Below are positions 36,243 through 45,742 of a stretch of 64,000 bases of DNA, in pieces. This DNA comes from a virus (Duplodnaviria; Caudoviricetes), in IMG/VR virus record IMGVR_UViG_3300031998_000024, positions 1 through 64,000 of that record. One strand, written 5' to 3'. Made by a program: the position numbers and the translations under genes. The notes beneath the pieces were generated by a model. It ran no database searches and was not told where the DNA came from. It worked only from the letters and a program-made list of their open reading frames with translations. Position 1 is the stretch's first letter, and each line of letters starts with the position of its first letter.

Positions 36243-37301
36243 ATGGGTTGGTTTGAAAAAAATTACGGAAATAAAAACGGAGTAGGTACTGGCGGTGTAG
36301 GTTATGTTGTTATACCAGCAAATGTTACCGAAATAGGAAAATATGTTCAGCAATGTTATCGTTCTAATGAGATAACAATATCAGGTGAAGGTTATGGAGT
36401 AATGTCTCATGTTAAGGTTGCTGATGGCGTAATGCCTAAAATTATGTTTCCTAATAACGAAAAAGGAAAGGGAAGTTTAGTTGTTTGGGTTAGAGAATCG
36501 TTTTACAATAGACCCATTGTTGTAGCAACACTTTCTGATAATAATACTCCAACTATTCAAGGTGCTGGTCAACAATCGCAGCGTCAAGATTATATGGGTG
36601 TTTCAACAGAAGTCCTTACTGACGCTGTAAATGCTATTATTCAGATTTACGCTTGCGGTAATGTAAATAGACCTGGTCATGTAGTAATTAAGGCTGCTGG
36701 TAGCGATGAAGATGAGGTAGAAATTCAAGCAGGCAAGAAAATTAAGCATATTAGCAAGGAGTTTAATGTTGAATCTACAGAATCCTTCACTGTAACTATT
36801 CACAATGGGGAGCAACCGATTATAACGATTGAAGGCGATGAAGATAAACTACACTTTGTTGATTATAACGGCAATGAGATTTCTATAAACAATAAAGAGG
36901 ATGAAGAGCAGGATATAAAGAAAAATATAGAAATCAAGGATACATTTGGTCGAAAATTCTTTTTTGACGATGAACAAGCTGAAATAACAGACCAATTTGA
37001 CCATAAGATAGTTTTCAACGAAGATGAGGCTCACTATACTGATAAATTTGATAACGAAGCGATTTTTAATGAAGATAATATTCAATTTAAGTGCGCTAAG
37101 TTTAATGTTGGTGATGGGAATGAGCCTATGGTTTTAGGCGATACTTTGAAGGGGTTGTTGGAAGATTTGATATCAGCGATAAATGCTATAACAGTACCAA
37201 CCGCATATGGACCAAGCGGAATGCCGTTAAATTCTGCTCAATTTACTGCTATAAATAGTAGGTTGAGAACAATGTTGTCTGAATTGTCTAACACAGACTA
37301 A
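36243..37301 (+). CDS. Baseplate spike / gp5-like protein
   Basis: Beta-repeat C-half; EPMVLGDTL...TVPTAYGPSGMPLN ending. Confidence 0.65.
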   Translation: MGWFEKNYGNKNGVGTGGVGYVVIPANVTEIGKYVQQCYRSNEITISGEGYGVMSHVKVADGVMPKIMFPNNEKGKGSLVVWVRESFYNRPIVVATLSDNNTPTIQGAGQQSQRQDYMGVSTEVLTDAVNAIIQIYACGNVNRPGHVVIKAAGSDEDEVEIQAGKKIKHISKEFNVESTESFTVTIHNGEQPIITIEGDEDKLHFVDYNGNEISINNKEDEEQDIKKNIEIKDTFGRKFFFDDEQAEITDQFDHKIVFNEDEAHYTDKFDNEAIFNEDNIQFKCAKFNVGDGNEPMVLGDTLKGLLEDLISAINAITVPTAYGPSGMPLNSAQFTAINSRLRTMLSELSNTD

Positions 37302-37336
37302 TTTATCATATATAAGATGTTAAAATAAAATATGGT

Positions 37337-38098
37337 ATGGCTGTTTTACCGAAAAATTATTGGACAAGTCAATTAACCAATGTATCTAAACAGATTGTCG
37401 ATGCTGGTCTTAGTATCGGCAAGGCTGCTTTACATTGTTGGATGCCTGATGATATTGAGTATTATCTTTGTGCATTAGAACTTGTTGATTGTAAAGATGA
37501 AAGGATAGGATTTCTTTCATTTTCAGTTATGCCTGAACAAATTGTTGAAAGTTTTTCGCCAATCCATACAATGATTAAAACTCATAATGGAGTGGTTACA
37601 ACCATAAATGATTCGTTTTCACCAGTAGATATAAACATAACTGGAACATTTGGTCGCAAGTTTAGATTGTTATTGGATTATAAAGACCCTAATAATAGTG
37701 CTTCATTAGGTGCTAAGGCTAATATAACTACTTTGAATTTTGGAGAAATTGCTGGAGTTAGTACGGGTGTTAAAAGCGGTTATGGTATGACAAAAGTTCT
37801 TGAGCATATTTTGAAACACACTACTTCAGTTGATAATAACGGAAAGCCGTTTTATTTGAAGTTTTTCAATTATTCGTTGAACACAGCGTATATTGTTGAT
37901 GTAGTGAATTATAGTTTTTCACAAAGTATGGCTAATAACTGTATGTGGAATTATGCTATATCGTTAAGAGCAGTTGCGCCGTTAAGACATGAGGGTGATA
38001 CATCTAATAAGTTAAAGCGTTTGTTACCGAATGTTGCCGCTAATTCAATTGCTAATGGTATAACAAACATACTTACTGGTATGATGAATTTCTATTAA
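37337..38098 (+). CDS. Baseplate/tube-initiator-like protein
   Basis: VMPEQI..IKTHNG..INITGTFG..WNYAISLRA pattern; synteny. Confidence 0.5.
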   Translation: MAVLPKNYWTSQLTNVSKQIVDAGLSIGKAALHCWMPDDIEYYLCALELVDCKDERIGFLSFSVMPEQIVESFSPIHTMIKTHNGVVTTINDSFSPVDINITGTFGRKFRLLLDYKDPNNSASLGAKANITTLNFGEIAGVSTGVKSGYGMTKVLEHILKHTTSVDNNGKPFYLKFFNYSLNTAYIVDVVNYSFSQSMANNCMWNYAISLRAVAPLRHEGDTSNKLKRLLPNVAANSIANGITNILTGMMNFY

Positions 38099-38110
38099 AA
38101 AGATTGCCGT

Positions 38111-39019
38111 ATGATTTCAGATATTGCTAATAAGTTTCAAGAGATAACGAAATTTAATTTGTATTCGTATTTTGAAGATTACGCAAATTTTATGCGTAAT
38201 CAATATCCAAGCGTGCGTGCATATTTCGCTGGAAATTCTGAATCAATTGATGCGTCTTATATGGATATGCTTAGTTCGCTTTCAAGCCGTAGTGATGATT
38301 TGTTGAAACTTTTTAGCGCGTTTGGTCCCAAATTAAGCAATGTTGGGTATTGGGAATTGCAGATTTATTGCCAGGATTTGAATGATACGATAAAGAAGGT
38401 TGAAAAACTACCTAAATATTTGCGTACATCTAAGACACCAAGAGGTTATAAGCCTTATGTTCAGGTGAATTTTAATGTTGGTGGTTTAAGGGATTTTCGT
38501 GATATTGCAAGTCGTATCAATTCAGACGAAATAACAGAAGAGAGTTTGATTTTGGGGAATGATTTTGAGGAGGAGGATTATGAAATTGATACTTTAACAA
38601 ACGCTATGGCGTTTTATCAGAACAACCGCGATGTAGTTGTTCAAACTATTCTTGAAGAGCCTGTTGATAGTAAGGTTTATGGTAGGGATATAAATAGAGT
38701 GATAAAATTTGTTTATAATGATTTGGATGTTGTTAAGTATGAAGATAATATCACTCAAAAGGTGGAAATACTATGTGAATTAGTTAGGGGTAGTGTTCCC
38801 GAAATGCCTAAATTTGGACGCAAAAACATTAGTGGTAATAATTTCGGGGCATATAATTATCCTGAGTTGGCGAGAGAAATTCAAGGTGTTTTTCTTCAAG
38901 ATGACCTTTTTGATAGCGTTGAGATTGAAAATATACGAATTGAGAATGGCGATGTTTACATCACGCTCAATATTAGAACAAAGTACATTTACACTATAAA
39001 AAAGACATTAGTGATATGA
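38111..39019 (+). CDS. Baseplate wedge protein (gp25-like C-terminus)
   Basis: RGSVPEMPKFG...LQDDLFDSV pattern; upstream of baseplate J. Confidence 0.55.
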   Translation: MISDIANKFQEITKFNLYSYFEDYANFMRNQYPSVRAYFAGNSESIDASYMDMLSSLSSRSDDLLKLFSAFGPKLSNVGYWELQIYCQDLNDTIKKVEKLPKYLRTSKTPRGYKPYVQVNFNVGGLRDFRDIASRINSDEITEESLILGNDFEEEDYEIDTLTNAMAFYQNNRDVVVQTILEEPVDSKVYGRDINRVIKFVYNDLDVVKYEDNITQKVEILCELVRGSVPEMPKFGRKNISGNNFGAYNYPELAREIQGVFLQDDLFDSVEIENIRIENGDVYITLNIRTKYIYTIKKTLVI

Positions 39020-40236
39020 TAACTAAAATTACATCTGTTGATAATTTGAAGCAGATATTTGCTGAGATTCTACTAAATAAAACCGATGAAATCAGCGATA
39101 TTAGCAATGAAAGTGTTTTGAACGGAGTTGCTTATGGATGCGCTAAACTTGCTCAAAGGTTGTTAGTGAATCAAGGTGTTGTAGAAGGTCATTTATTTCC
39201 AGATACAGCATATGGCGAATATCTTGACGAAATAGCGAAATCACGTGGTATAGCACCGCGTTTTACATCGTTTGGTTCTACTACATATGTAAGGGTTCAA
39301 GCCGATAGCGGAACAGTTTATCCAATTGGTACTATGTTTTTATCATCCAATGGTATTCAGTTCGTTTCAACTGAAAATTATACTGTTGGAATTGATGGAT
39401 ACGGATTTATTAAGGTTAATAGTATTCAAACTGGTTCTGCTTCTAATGTTGATGCACTAACAATCAATATGATTTCAGGTACTGCTCCAACTGGACATAT
39501 AGCGTGTACTAATGATTTCGCTGCAACTGGCGGTCGGGATAATGAAAGTGATGACGATTTCCGTATAAGGATAAAGGCTTCAGTAAATCAATTGGCGAGA
39601 AACACAATGTCTTATTTGGAGCAGATTTTTATGAAGATAAATAAGAAGGTTTTGCGTTTACATCGTGGCGGTACTGATGAGAATGGTAGAATAACACTTA
39701 TTGTCGTTTCAGTTAATGGTCAGGATTTTACTCAAGCTGAATTTGATGAAATTTTATCTCAGGCTGAAGAGTTCTTATCATTAAATGAAATAACGCGTGA
39801 AACAGTTAGCGGATTTCCGATTAAGTTGGTTAATCCTGATTGGTATCCAGTTGATATAGATTTCCGTTGCGATGTTGACCCAGCGTATGACCAATCTATG
39901 GTGCGTAGAAATATGCAACTTGCTGTTTCAAAATTATTTGATTATCGTTATTGGGGTGTAAATGAAAAAGTTGAGTGGGAAAATATTTTGTATGCTATAA
40001 GAAATGCTGACGGAGTTCGTTATGTTGCTGATGCTTACTTTTTACCGCAGGGTGATATCAATATGACTAATTTCCGTTTACCGCGTGTAAGAGGTTTTGT
40101 TGTTAGGGATTTAGACGGAGGTGTTTTATACGATAATCATAATTATAGTGTAATTGGAAGATTTACTTATACAGATTATTTCTTTCCAAACACGCCTGAT
40201 TTGAATTTTCAACAATCTGTAATCAGTAGTATATGA
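39016..40236 (+). CDS. Baseplate J-like protein
   Basis: TAYGEYLDEIA..RGI, GSASNVDALTI, ATGGRDNESDDDFRIRI. Confidence 0.88.
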   Translation: MITKITSVDNLKQIFAEILLNKTDEISDISNESVLNGVAYGCAKLAQRLLVNQGVVEGHLFPDTAYGEYLDEIAKSRGIAPRFTSFGSTTYVRVQADSGTVYPIGTMFLSSNGIQFVSTENYTVGIDGYGFIKVNSIQTGSASNVDALTINMISGTAPTGHIACTNDFAATGGRDNESDDDFRIRIKASVNQLARNTMSYLEQIFMKINKKVLRLHRGGTDENGRITLIVVSVNGQDFTQAEFDEILSQAEEFLSLNEITRETVSGFPIKLVNPDWYPVDIDFRCDVDPAYDQSMVRRNMQLAVSKLFDYRYWGVNEKVEWENILYAIRNADGVRYVADAYFLPQGDINMTNFRLPRVRGFVVRDLDGGVLYDNHNYSVIGRFTYTDYFFPNTPDLNFQQSVISSI

Positions 40237-40598
40237 GTGAGAGATATTGTCCAATAGTGGAAAATGAAAAAATGTCTGCTGAAGATGCTCCAGCACCAGT
40301 TGGAACACCTTGTACTATTGTATTAAAATCAGCATATGATGATGATGGGATTAAGATAAAGCCGACTATAATGGAGGCTGAAATTATCGGTATAGAAGCA
40401 CCCGTTGATACATCGTCAGGAGTTTATTATAACGGAGTTCTTGGTGGTCAAGGTGACTTGATGATATTCCATAACGACGATGCTGGAGATAATACAGCAA
40501 AAATGAACAACGATGGTGAGTTAGAAATATCTACTATTAATGATGAATCATCAAGATACAGTAAAGATGGCTTAGATTTGATTTATGATGGAGAATAG
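40233..40598 (+). CDS. Hypothetical baseplate-region protein
   Basis: Overlapping operon ORF. Confidence 0.6.
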   Translation: MSERYCPIVENEKMSAEDAPAPVGTPCTIVLKSAYDDDGIKIKPTIMEAEIIGIEAPVDTSSGVYYNGVLGGQGDLMIFHNDDAGDNTAKMNNDGELEISTINDESSRYSKDGLDLIYDGE

Positions 40599-42300
40599 TA
40601 ATTACTTATATGACGACAGGGATTCTTTAATCCTTCAAATGCGCCCTAATAATAGAGGCAGTTATACAATCAATTCAATAGAATTTACATTTGATGGTTT
40701 TGCTGGCGATGTAAATATTGATATTTATTTCGGCTGTCTTGAAAACGGAATAATTGAATCAGATTGGGAATATGTAGGAACAGCATCAGCCGATTCCTAT
40801 ACTGTTAATACAGCGTATGATGTTCCCCGTTCAGCAGTTTTTCAGATAAAGTTTGTTCGTATAGGTAATGGCGATGAGATAGAATTTAAGCAAGCGGATA
40901 TTGATGCTACATTCTTTACTACTGCTAAACAAACTCCAACGCTTAATGAGTCGATTTTTGCTAATCTTAATGATGATGTTGAAACCGATATTCTTGAAAA
41001 CAATTTATTCAAAAAGTTATATTTACGCGGCATAGTACCAGATTACATTAAAAGAGCCGCTAATTTATCAAAGAAAGAAGATAAAGATTACATAGCAATG
41101 TTTTCAACTGTTGCTCGTTTCTTTACTTTGATAATAAGATTTTTCAAGCGTTGGGAACATATAATTGATGATGAAGAAATGCTAAAAGAGGTTTTGCGTA
41201 ACAATTCGATTCAGTTCAATGAAACGCAAATAACTCTTGCTGAATTACAGTCGCTTGTTCAGAATCTTTATAACGAGATAGCAAAAAGAGGTACACCTGA
41301 AATTTTCCGCAGAATAGGAGAAACAAGACCTGATGGAACAGTTGTAACAGAAAATGGTGAATTTATGCGTATGATTAATGCTGATGCTGCTACCGAAATT
41401 CTCATGGAGACAATACCTCATCAGGAATTAGGTTGGTGCACAGATAGGTCGTCACCGCTTTATAGGGGTATTCCGAATGATTGTTTGGATTTAGATAAAA
41501 TGAATTATTCAAACAAGAAGTCGCATAAATTTACTAATGCTGATGATTACAATAAAATTCTGAAGTTTGGTAATTACACGCTTGTTGATGATAATACTGT
41601 AAGAGGCGAAGGTCAGGTAATTAGATTCACTAATGAAAGCGGAATTGGTAGGTCAAGTTCATCTTCATCATTTGATAAGATTAGAGATTATGTTATTAAT
41701 GTTGACGCTTGTATGGATTATGAAATTGTCGCTGGAATAAGAGTTGTAAGTACTGGTGGAGTAGGCGAAACAAATAAACTTTACGCTTCAGTTGAAGGAT
41801 TCAATATTAATGGTATAAAGTTACCCGATGCATTTGTTTCATATGATAAATCTACTGTTTTTGAAGATTTCTTTGATGATGGTGTAAAACTGTCTAAGTT
41901 TGTTCCAGGACATTATTATTACATAAGATTTATTATAAGGGCTTATGCTTCTGAGGCTACAACCGATGAAGATGGTAAATTGAATATAGGGTATGGTCAT
42001 CATCTTTGCTTCAATAATGCGTTTGTTCGTTATATTTTACCAACTATAAGGATTGATGGTGGTTCGATAAATGTTTGTAATTATCATATTAGACCCTTAG
42101 TGCGTGGAACAAATATCGGTAAGATAATAGGAGAACAATTTGAAAATTGTTTTAGTCTTGGTTTTGTTCAGGCTTGTAAATTTTTCCATCTTTATTTGCG
42201 TAGTCGTAATAAAACAATGTCGCAAAAGGATGTCGCTGAGTTTATTGACCGATATTTATTAACATATAGCAGTGCAAGTTTATTAACATTCATAGAATAA
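40585..42300 (+). CDS. Baseplate structural protein
   Basis: Large ORF after baseplate J; IAKRGT motif of tail I/wedge-like proteins. Confidence 0.55.
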   Translation: MMENSNYLYDDRDSLILQMRPNNRGSYTINSIEFTFDGFAGDVNIDIYFGCLENGIIESDWEYVGTASADSYTVNTAYDVPRSAVFQIKFVRIGNGDEIEFKQADIDATFFTTAKQTPTLNESIFANLNDDVETDILENNLFKKLYLRGIVPDYIKRAANLSKKEDKDYIAMFSTVARFFTLIIRFFKRWEHIIDDEEMLKEVLRNNSIQFNETQITLAELQSLVQNLYNEIAKRGTPEIFRRIGETRPDGTVVTENGEFMRMINADAATEILMETIPHQELGWCTDRSSPLYRGIPNDCLDLDKMNYSNKKSHKFTNADDYNKILKFGNYTLVDDNTVRGEGQVIRFTNESGIGRSSSSSSFDKIRDYVINVDACMDYEIVAGIRVVSTGGVGETNKLYASVEGFNINGIKLPDAFVSYDKSTVFEDFFDDGVKLSKFVPGHYYYIRFIIRAYASEATTDEDGKLNIGYGHHLCFNNAFVRYILPTIRIDGGSINVCNYHIRPLVRGTNIGKIIGEQFENCFSLGFVQACKFFHLYLRSRNKTMSQKDVAEFIDRYLLTYSSASLLTFIE

Positions 42301-42312
42301 AATTTCAAATCA

Positions 42313-43767
42313 ATGGAAGTAAGAATAAGTAACAACTTGTTTCTTGGCGTTGCTGAGTTAAACAGATTGAAAAAATCCCTTGGTGAAGAGGGTTGGAAGA
42401 GGTTTATTCGTAACTTCATCCGAAAATACGGAATCATCCGAAATAATGATAATACTAATTTCTTGCCAATTAAGAAATCGGGTGTTGATGAGGTTTTGAC
42501 TATTCAGCCTGGTATAGCGTTTGATGCTGATATGAACGCTATTATCATAGATACACCAATAGATATATCATTGCCAAGTTCTATGTTATCGGGTGATAAC
42601 AAATATTGGATAGTTATTAGATATGGTTCAACACATAATGAAGTCGGAACAGTTTCTGTTAATTCAACTGGAGCATTGACTGGTACTGGTACAAAATTCT
42701 TAGAAGTGTTAAGAGGTCAGCCTGATTTTCCGACTAAGGTGAAATTTGATTCTCAAGTCAATCTTGGCACTTATGAAGTCATAAGTGTTGCTTCAGATAA
42801 TTCCGCTATTATTGCTGGTTCATTTACTCAAGAGAGTGATTTGAAATATAGCGTTGTTGGTACATTTACACCTGGTTTTATACCTAATCCTGAAGATGCT
42901 CAAATTTACGAATACGATTCTTATGAAATTTCTGTTGTTACAGCAACGGCAATGCCCATGTCGGTGCCTGTAGGTTACGACTTTGTAATCTGCGCTGTCA
43001 GTTACATAAAAGGCGTTATGAACATTGAGGATTACCGTTTAATGTTTATGTTAAATGAACCATATGAATTATCTGATGAGAATATGATTGCTTTATCGGT
43101 TAATCCGTTGGTCACATTGGTAAATGAAAATGTAGTTGATGTGAATGAAAAGGGTATAATGGTAGAATTGTTAATGGAGCATGGATTTGCAATAACAAGT
43201 TTCGATTTATTAGCAACCACGGCTGGTTATACATTTACCATAAATCAAGGCGGTTGTAATTATATAGATACATCGTCAACGATACCTAACGGAATATTTA
43301 AGGGTTGGTGGATATTGAATAGGAATAATATGAAATATTGTGAAGTCTCTGATTCTGTCAATAATGTTTTATACATTACCGATATTGTTCCAGAGGCTGT
43401 TCAAGATGCTGCAAATATTGTTCTTATTCCGCCATTCAATGAAATAGAGTATCGTGTTGCCGTTTCTAATAATGTCACCATTCCATCAGAGCCGTATTAT
43501 GTACGCTGTTCCGCTGAAAACATTAAGAATAGAATTATGATACCAATCTTTTGGAAGAGTGTGAAAAATAGTGTTTATGCTAACACAATTACATTAACAT
43601 TGAGTTATCGTATGATTGGTTTTGGTAAAGACAAATATCCGTTTAATCCGTTTAATCAAGCAACATATACAGACCATGAAGGCACTGTTTTGTCAATAGC
43701 AAGTAGTTCTATTCAAATCAATGTTACTGAACTGAAACCTATCGCAACTCAGCATAATTATTCATAA
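42313..43767 (+). CDS. Baseplate/tail structural protein
   Basis: LTIQPGIAFD, LTGTGTKF beta-rich motifs; synteny. Confidence 0.55.
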   Translation: MEVRISNNLFLGVAELNRLKKSLGEEGWKRFIRNFIRKYGIIRNNDNTNFLPIKKSGVDEVLTIQPGIAFDADMNAIIIDTPIDISLPSSMLSGDNKYWIVIRYGSTHNEVGTVSVNSTGALTGTGTKFLEVLRGQPDFPTKVKFDSQVNLGTYEVISVASDNSAIIAGSFTQESDLKYSVVGTFTPGFIPNPEDAQIYEYDSYEISVVTATAMPMSVPVGYDFVICAVSYIKGVMNIEDYRLMFMLNEPYELSDENMIALSVNPLVTLVNENVVDVNEKGIMVELLMEHGFAITSFDLLATTAGYTFTINQGGCNYIDTSSTIPNGIFKGWWILNRNNMKYCEVSDSVNNVLYITDIVPEAVQDAANIVLIPPFNEIEYRVAVSNNVTIPSEPYYVRCSAENIKNRIMIPIFWKSVKNSVYANTITLTLSYRMIGFGKDKYPFNPFNQATYTDHEGTVLSIASSSIQINVTELKPIATQHNYS

Positions 43768-43784
43768 AAATAGGAGATTGTAAA

Positions 43785-44630
43785 ATGATGTTGTATTTAA
43801 CAGGTGCTTCTGTTTCGTTGTCTAAATCCAGCGATGCACCTCAAACTGATGTTCAAAAATCGCTTGGCGGTTACATAAGTTCTTCAGTGGTACCTAATGG
43901 TGCTATCAATTCATTATTTGATATGATTTCGTTAAACACTTTGAAGAATAGAACAAAGGAAATCATAGCAGTTGGGTTGATAAACAAATTAGATATTAAG
44001 GTTACTAATGTTGAAGTTAAGATGGTAACTAAACCTAATTTTGTTGGAAAATTTAAGGTAGCCGCTGTTTCTGTTGATGATGATTATCTTATGGAGCATA
44101 TTGATAATCGTTATGCTGAACCTATTCAGGCTGAATTTCATGATATTGATTTTTATCGTGCAAGTGTTATTGCTGAAATCTTAAATCCTGCTGTTGCTGG
44201 AGAGGTTATTGATTTTGACCCGTTCCGAGTTACCGCAATTGTTACTGAAAGTGGTATGAAAGGAACAATGTATGCTATTTTGAAAGCATTTTCAGAGGAT
44301 GCTAATTATTTAGCAAACAAATTATCTGAAAATGAATTTGAGATAATTTGCAGAAATTACGATACTATTGATACACCTATTCAGTGTGAAGCGTTTGGAA
44401 CAGATTCTTGTAAAATAGAGTTCAAAGACCTTTATCGTAATCAAAAAGATAATACTGCTCTTGTAGCCGATGTTTTGAATCCTAATGAAGCAATCGGTAT
44501 ATGGATTCAGCGTTCAATTGAACCTCAAAATATAAGTAATGAGGAATTGATAAGAATGTATAATGAGGGGGTAAAATCTGAACAAGTTGAAGAGGTTGAA
44601 TTTTTAGTTAGTTACGAAACAAAAGAATAA
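43785..44630 (+). CDS. Virion structural protein (putative)
   Basis: SLGGYISSS..NSLFDMIS and LNPNEAIGIWIQR motifs. Confidence 0.5.
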   Translation: MMLYLTGASVSLSKSSDAPQTDVQKSLGGYISSSVVPNGAINSLFDMISLNTLKNRTKEIIAVGLINKLDIKVTNVEVKMVTKPNFVGKFKVAAVSVDDDYLMEHIDNRYAEPIQAEFHDIDFYRASVIAEILNPAVAGEVIDFDPFRVTAIVTESGMKGTMYAILKAFSEDANYLANKLSENEFEIICRNYDTIDTPIQCEAFGTDSCKIEFKDLYRNQKDNTALVADVLNPNEAIGIWIQRSIEPQNISNEELIRMYNEGVKSEQVEEVEFLVSYETKE

Positions 44631-44960
44631 TATCAGTTATAGTCTATTAAAATTCAAAAAATTATGGTTACACTTGAAGAAGTTTTCAGAAAGTCACAAG
44701 ACAATCTTACAAAGTCATTCGATGCAGAGAAATTCTCATCAGACATCGAAAATCTATCAAAGGCAGAAACAGAGCAATTGTTAGGTCAAATCCAAGCCGA
44801 AATCCTCAAAGGCGGCGATTACAACACGCTCACCGAAATGCGCAACATCGCATTAGGTAATATAGAGAAAGCAAGAAGCGGAGTTTATGCCGATACTCCA
44901 GAGAATCGCAAACTTGGTCGCGTAGGTCAACAGTATGGCGGCAAGGGCAGTCGCGGAGGT
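44616..44960 (+). repeat. Dispersed ~340-bp repeat, copy 2
   Basis: Matches 18145-18490. Confidence 0.92.
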
Positions 44961-45269
44961 CAGCAAGAAGATGATGAAACAGTTAAGCAGAAAATAAATC
45001 AACGCAAGAAGAATTATTTCATCAAAACAATGAGGGATGATGGTTGTAATAAAGATGATGAAATGTTTATTTCCAGACATGAGGATAGTTTCAAAGATGT
45101 TTTGAAGAAATACGGATGGGATGGTTGGGATGATTTTTATGAAAGTGACGATTGGGATTGGAATAATGATAAGGATATTAAGAAATTTAATAAGATTTTC
45201 TTTGAATGCGTTAAGCAAATTCCAGCATCAGCGTTTGGAAAACTTTATGATGATAAACATTTCAAATAA
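44664..45269 (+). CDS. Putative internal head protein, tag family member 4
   Basis: First ~99 aa nearly identical to 18192 gene, tag at 44868-44942, unrelated C-terminal domain. Confidence 0.7.
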   Translation: MVTLEEVFRKSQDNLTKSFDAEKFSSDIENLSKAETEQLLGQIQAEILKGGDYNTLTEMRNIALGNIEKARSGVYADTPENRKLGRVGQQYGGKGSRGGQQEDDETVKQKINQRKKNYFIKTMRDDGCNKDDEMFISRHEDSFKDVLKKYGWDGWDDFYESDDWDWNNDKDIKKFNKIFFECVKQIPASAFGKLYDDKHFK

Positions 45270-45286
45270 AGCAACACTTAATAATT

Positions 45287-45730
45287 ATGACTGCCCAACC
45301 AAGTTCAAATCAAGGATATGTTCCGCGCACTTATGACCAAGTTGTTGCTATAATTAATGAAACGCTTACTGGTCGTGAGGATGGTCACGAGATATTACCT
45401 GAAGAACATGAAAGTATGGCGAGAGCGATACTTGATTATGCTCGTTCAACTCAAACCAGCGGTTCATGTCCGTTAATGGGATTTGCCGATACAAAAACAG
45501 TTCCGCAGGTAACTAATGCTATGCGTTGTTTTTATGTTTCATTGGTTGGTAATAATCAAACAATGACATTTTCTAATTTTAGGGATAATTTAGGCAATTC
45601 TATAGAAGTTGATACCGATGAATTTGAAATTAAAATCGTTATCCTAATGTGGAATACATCATATTGGGAAGCGATGGAAACATCTTTGGATTTTGCTGAC
45701 TTGATAAGATTAAATATTGAAAATTCATAA
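45287..45730 (+). CDS. Hypothetical protein
   Basis: 147-aa ORF in operon. Confidence 0.65.
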   Translation: MTAQPSSNQGYVPRTYDQVVAIINETLTGREDGHEILPEEHESMARAILDYARSTQTSGSCPLMGFADTKTVPQVTNAMRCFYVSLVGNNQTMTFSNFRDNLGNSIEVDTDEFEIKIVILMWNTSYWEAMETSLDFADLIRLNIENS

Positions 45731-45742
45731 ACACATTACAAA

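Noticed and set aside
20155-44630. Numerous short minus-strand and nested ORFs in the structural region
   Set aside because: Antisense shadows of well-supported + strand genes, with no motifs
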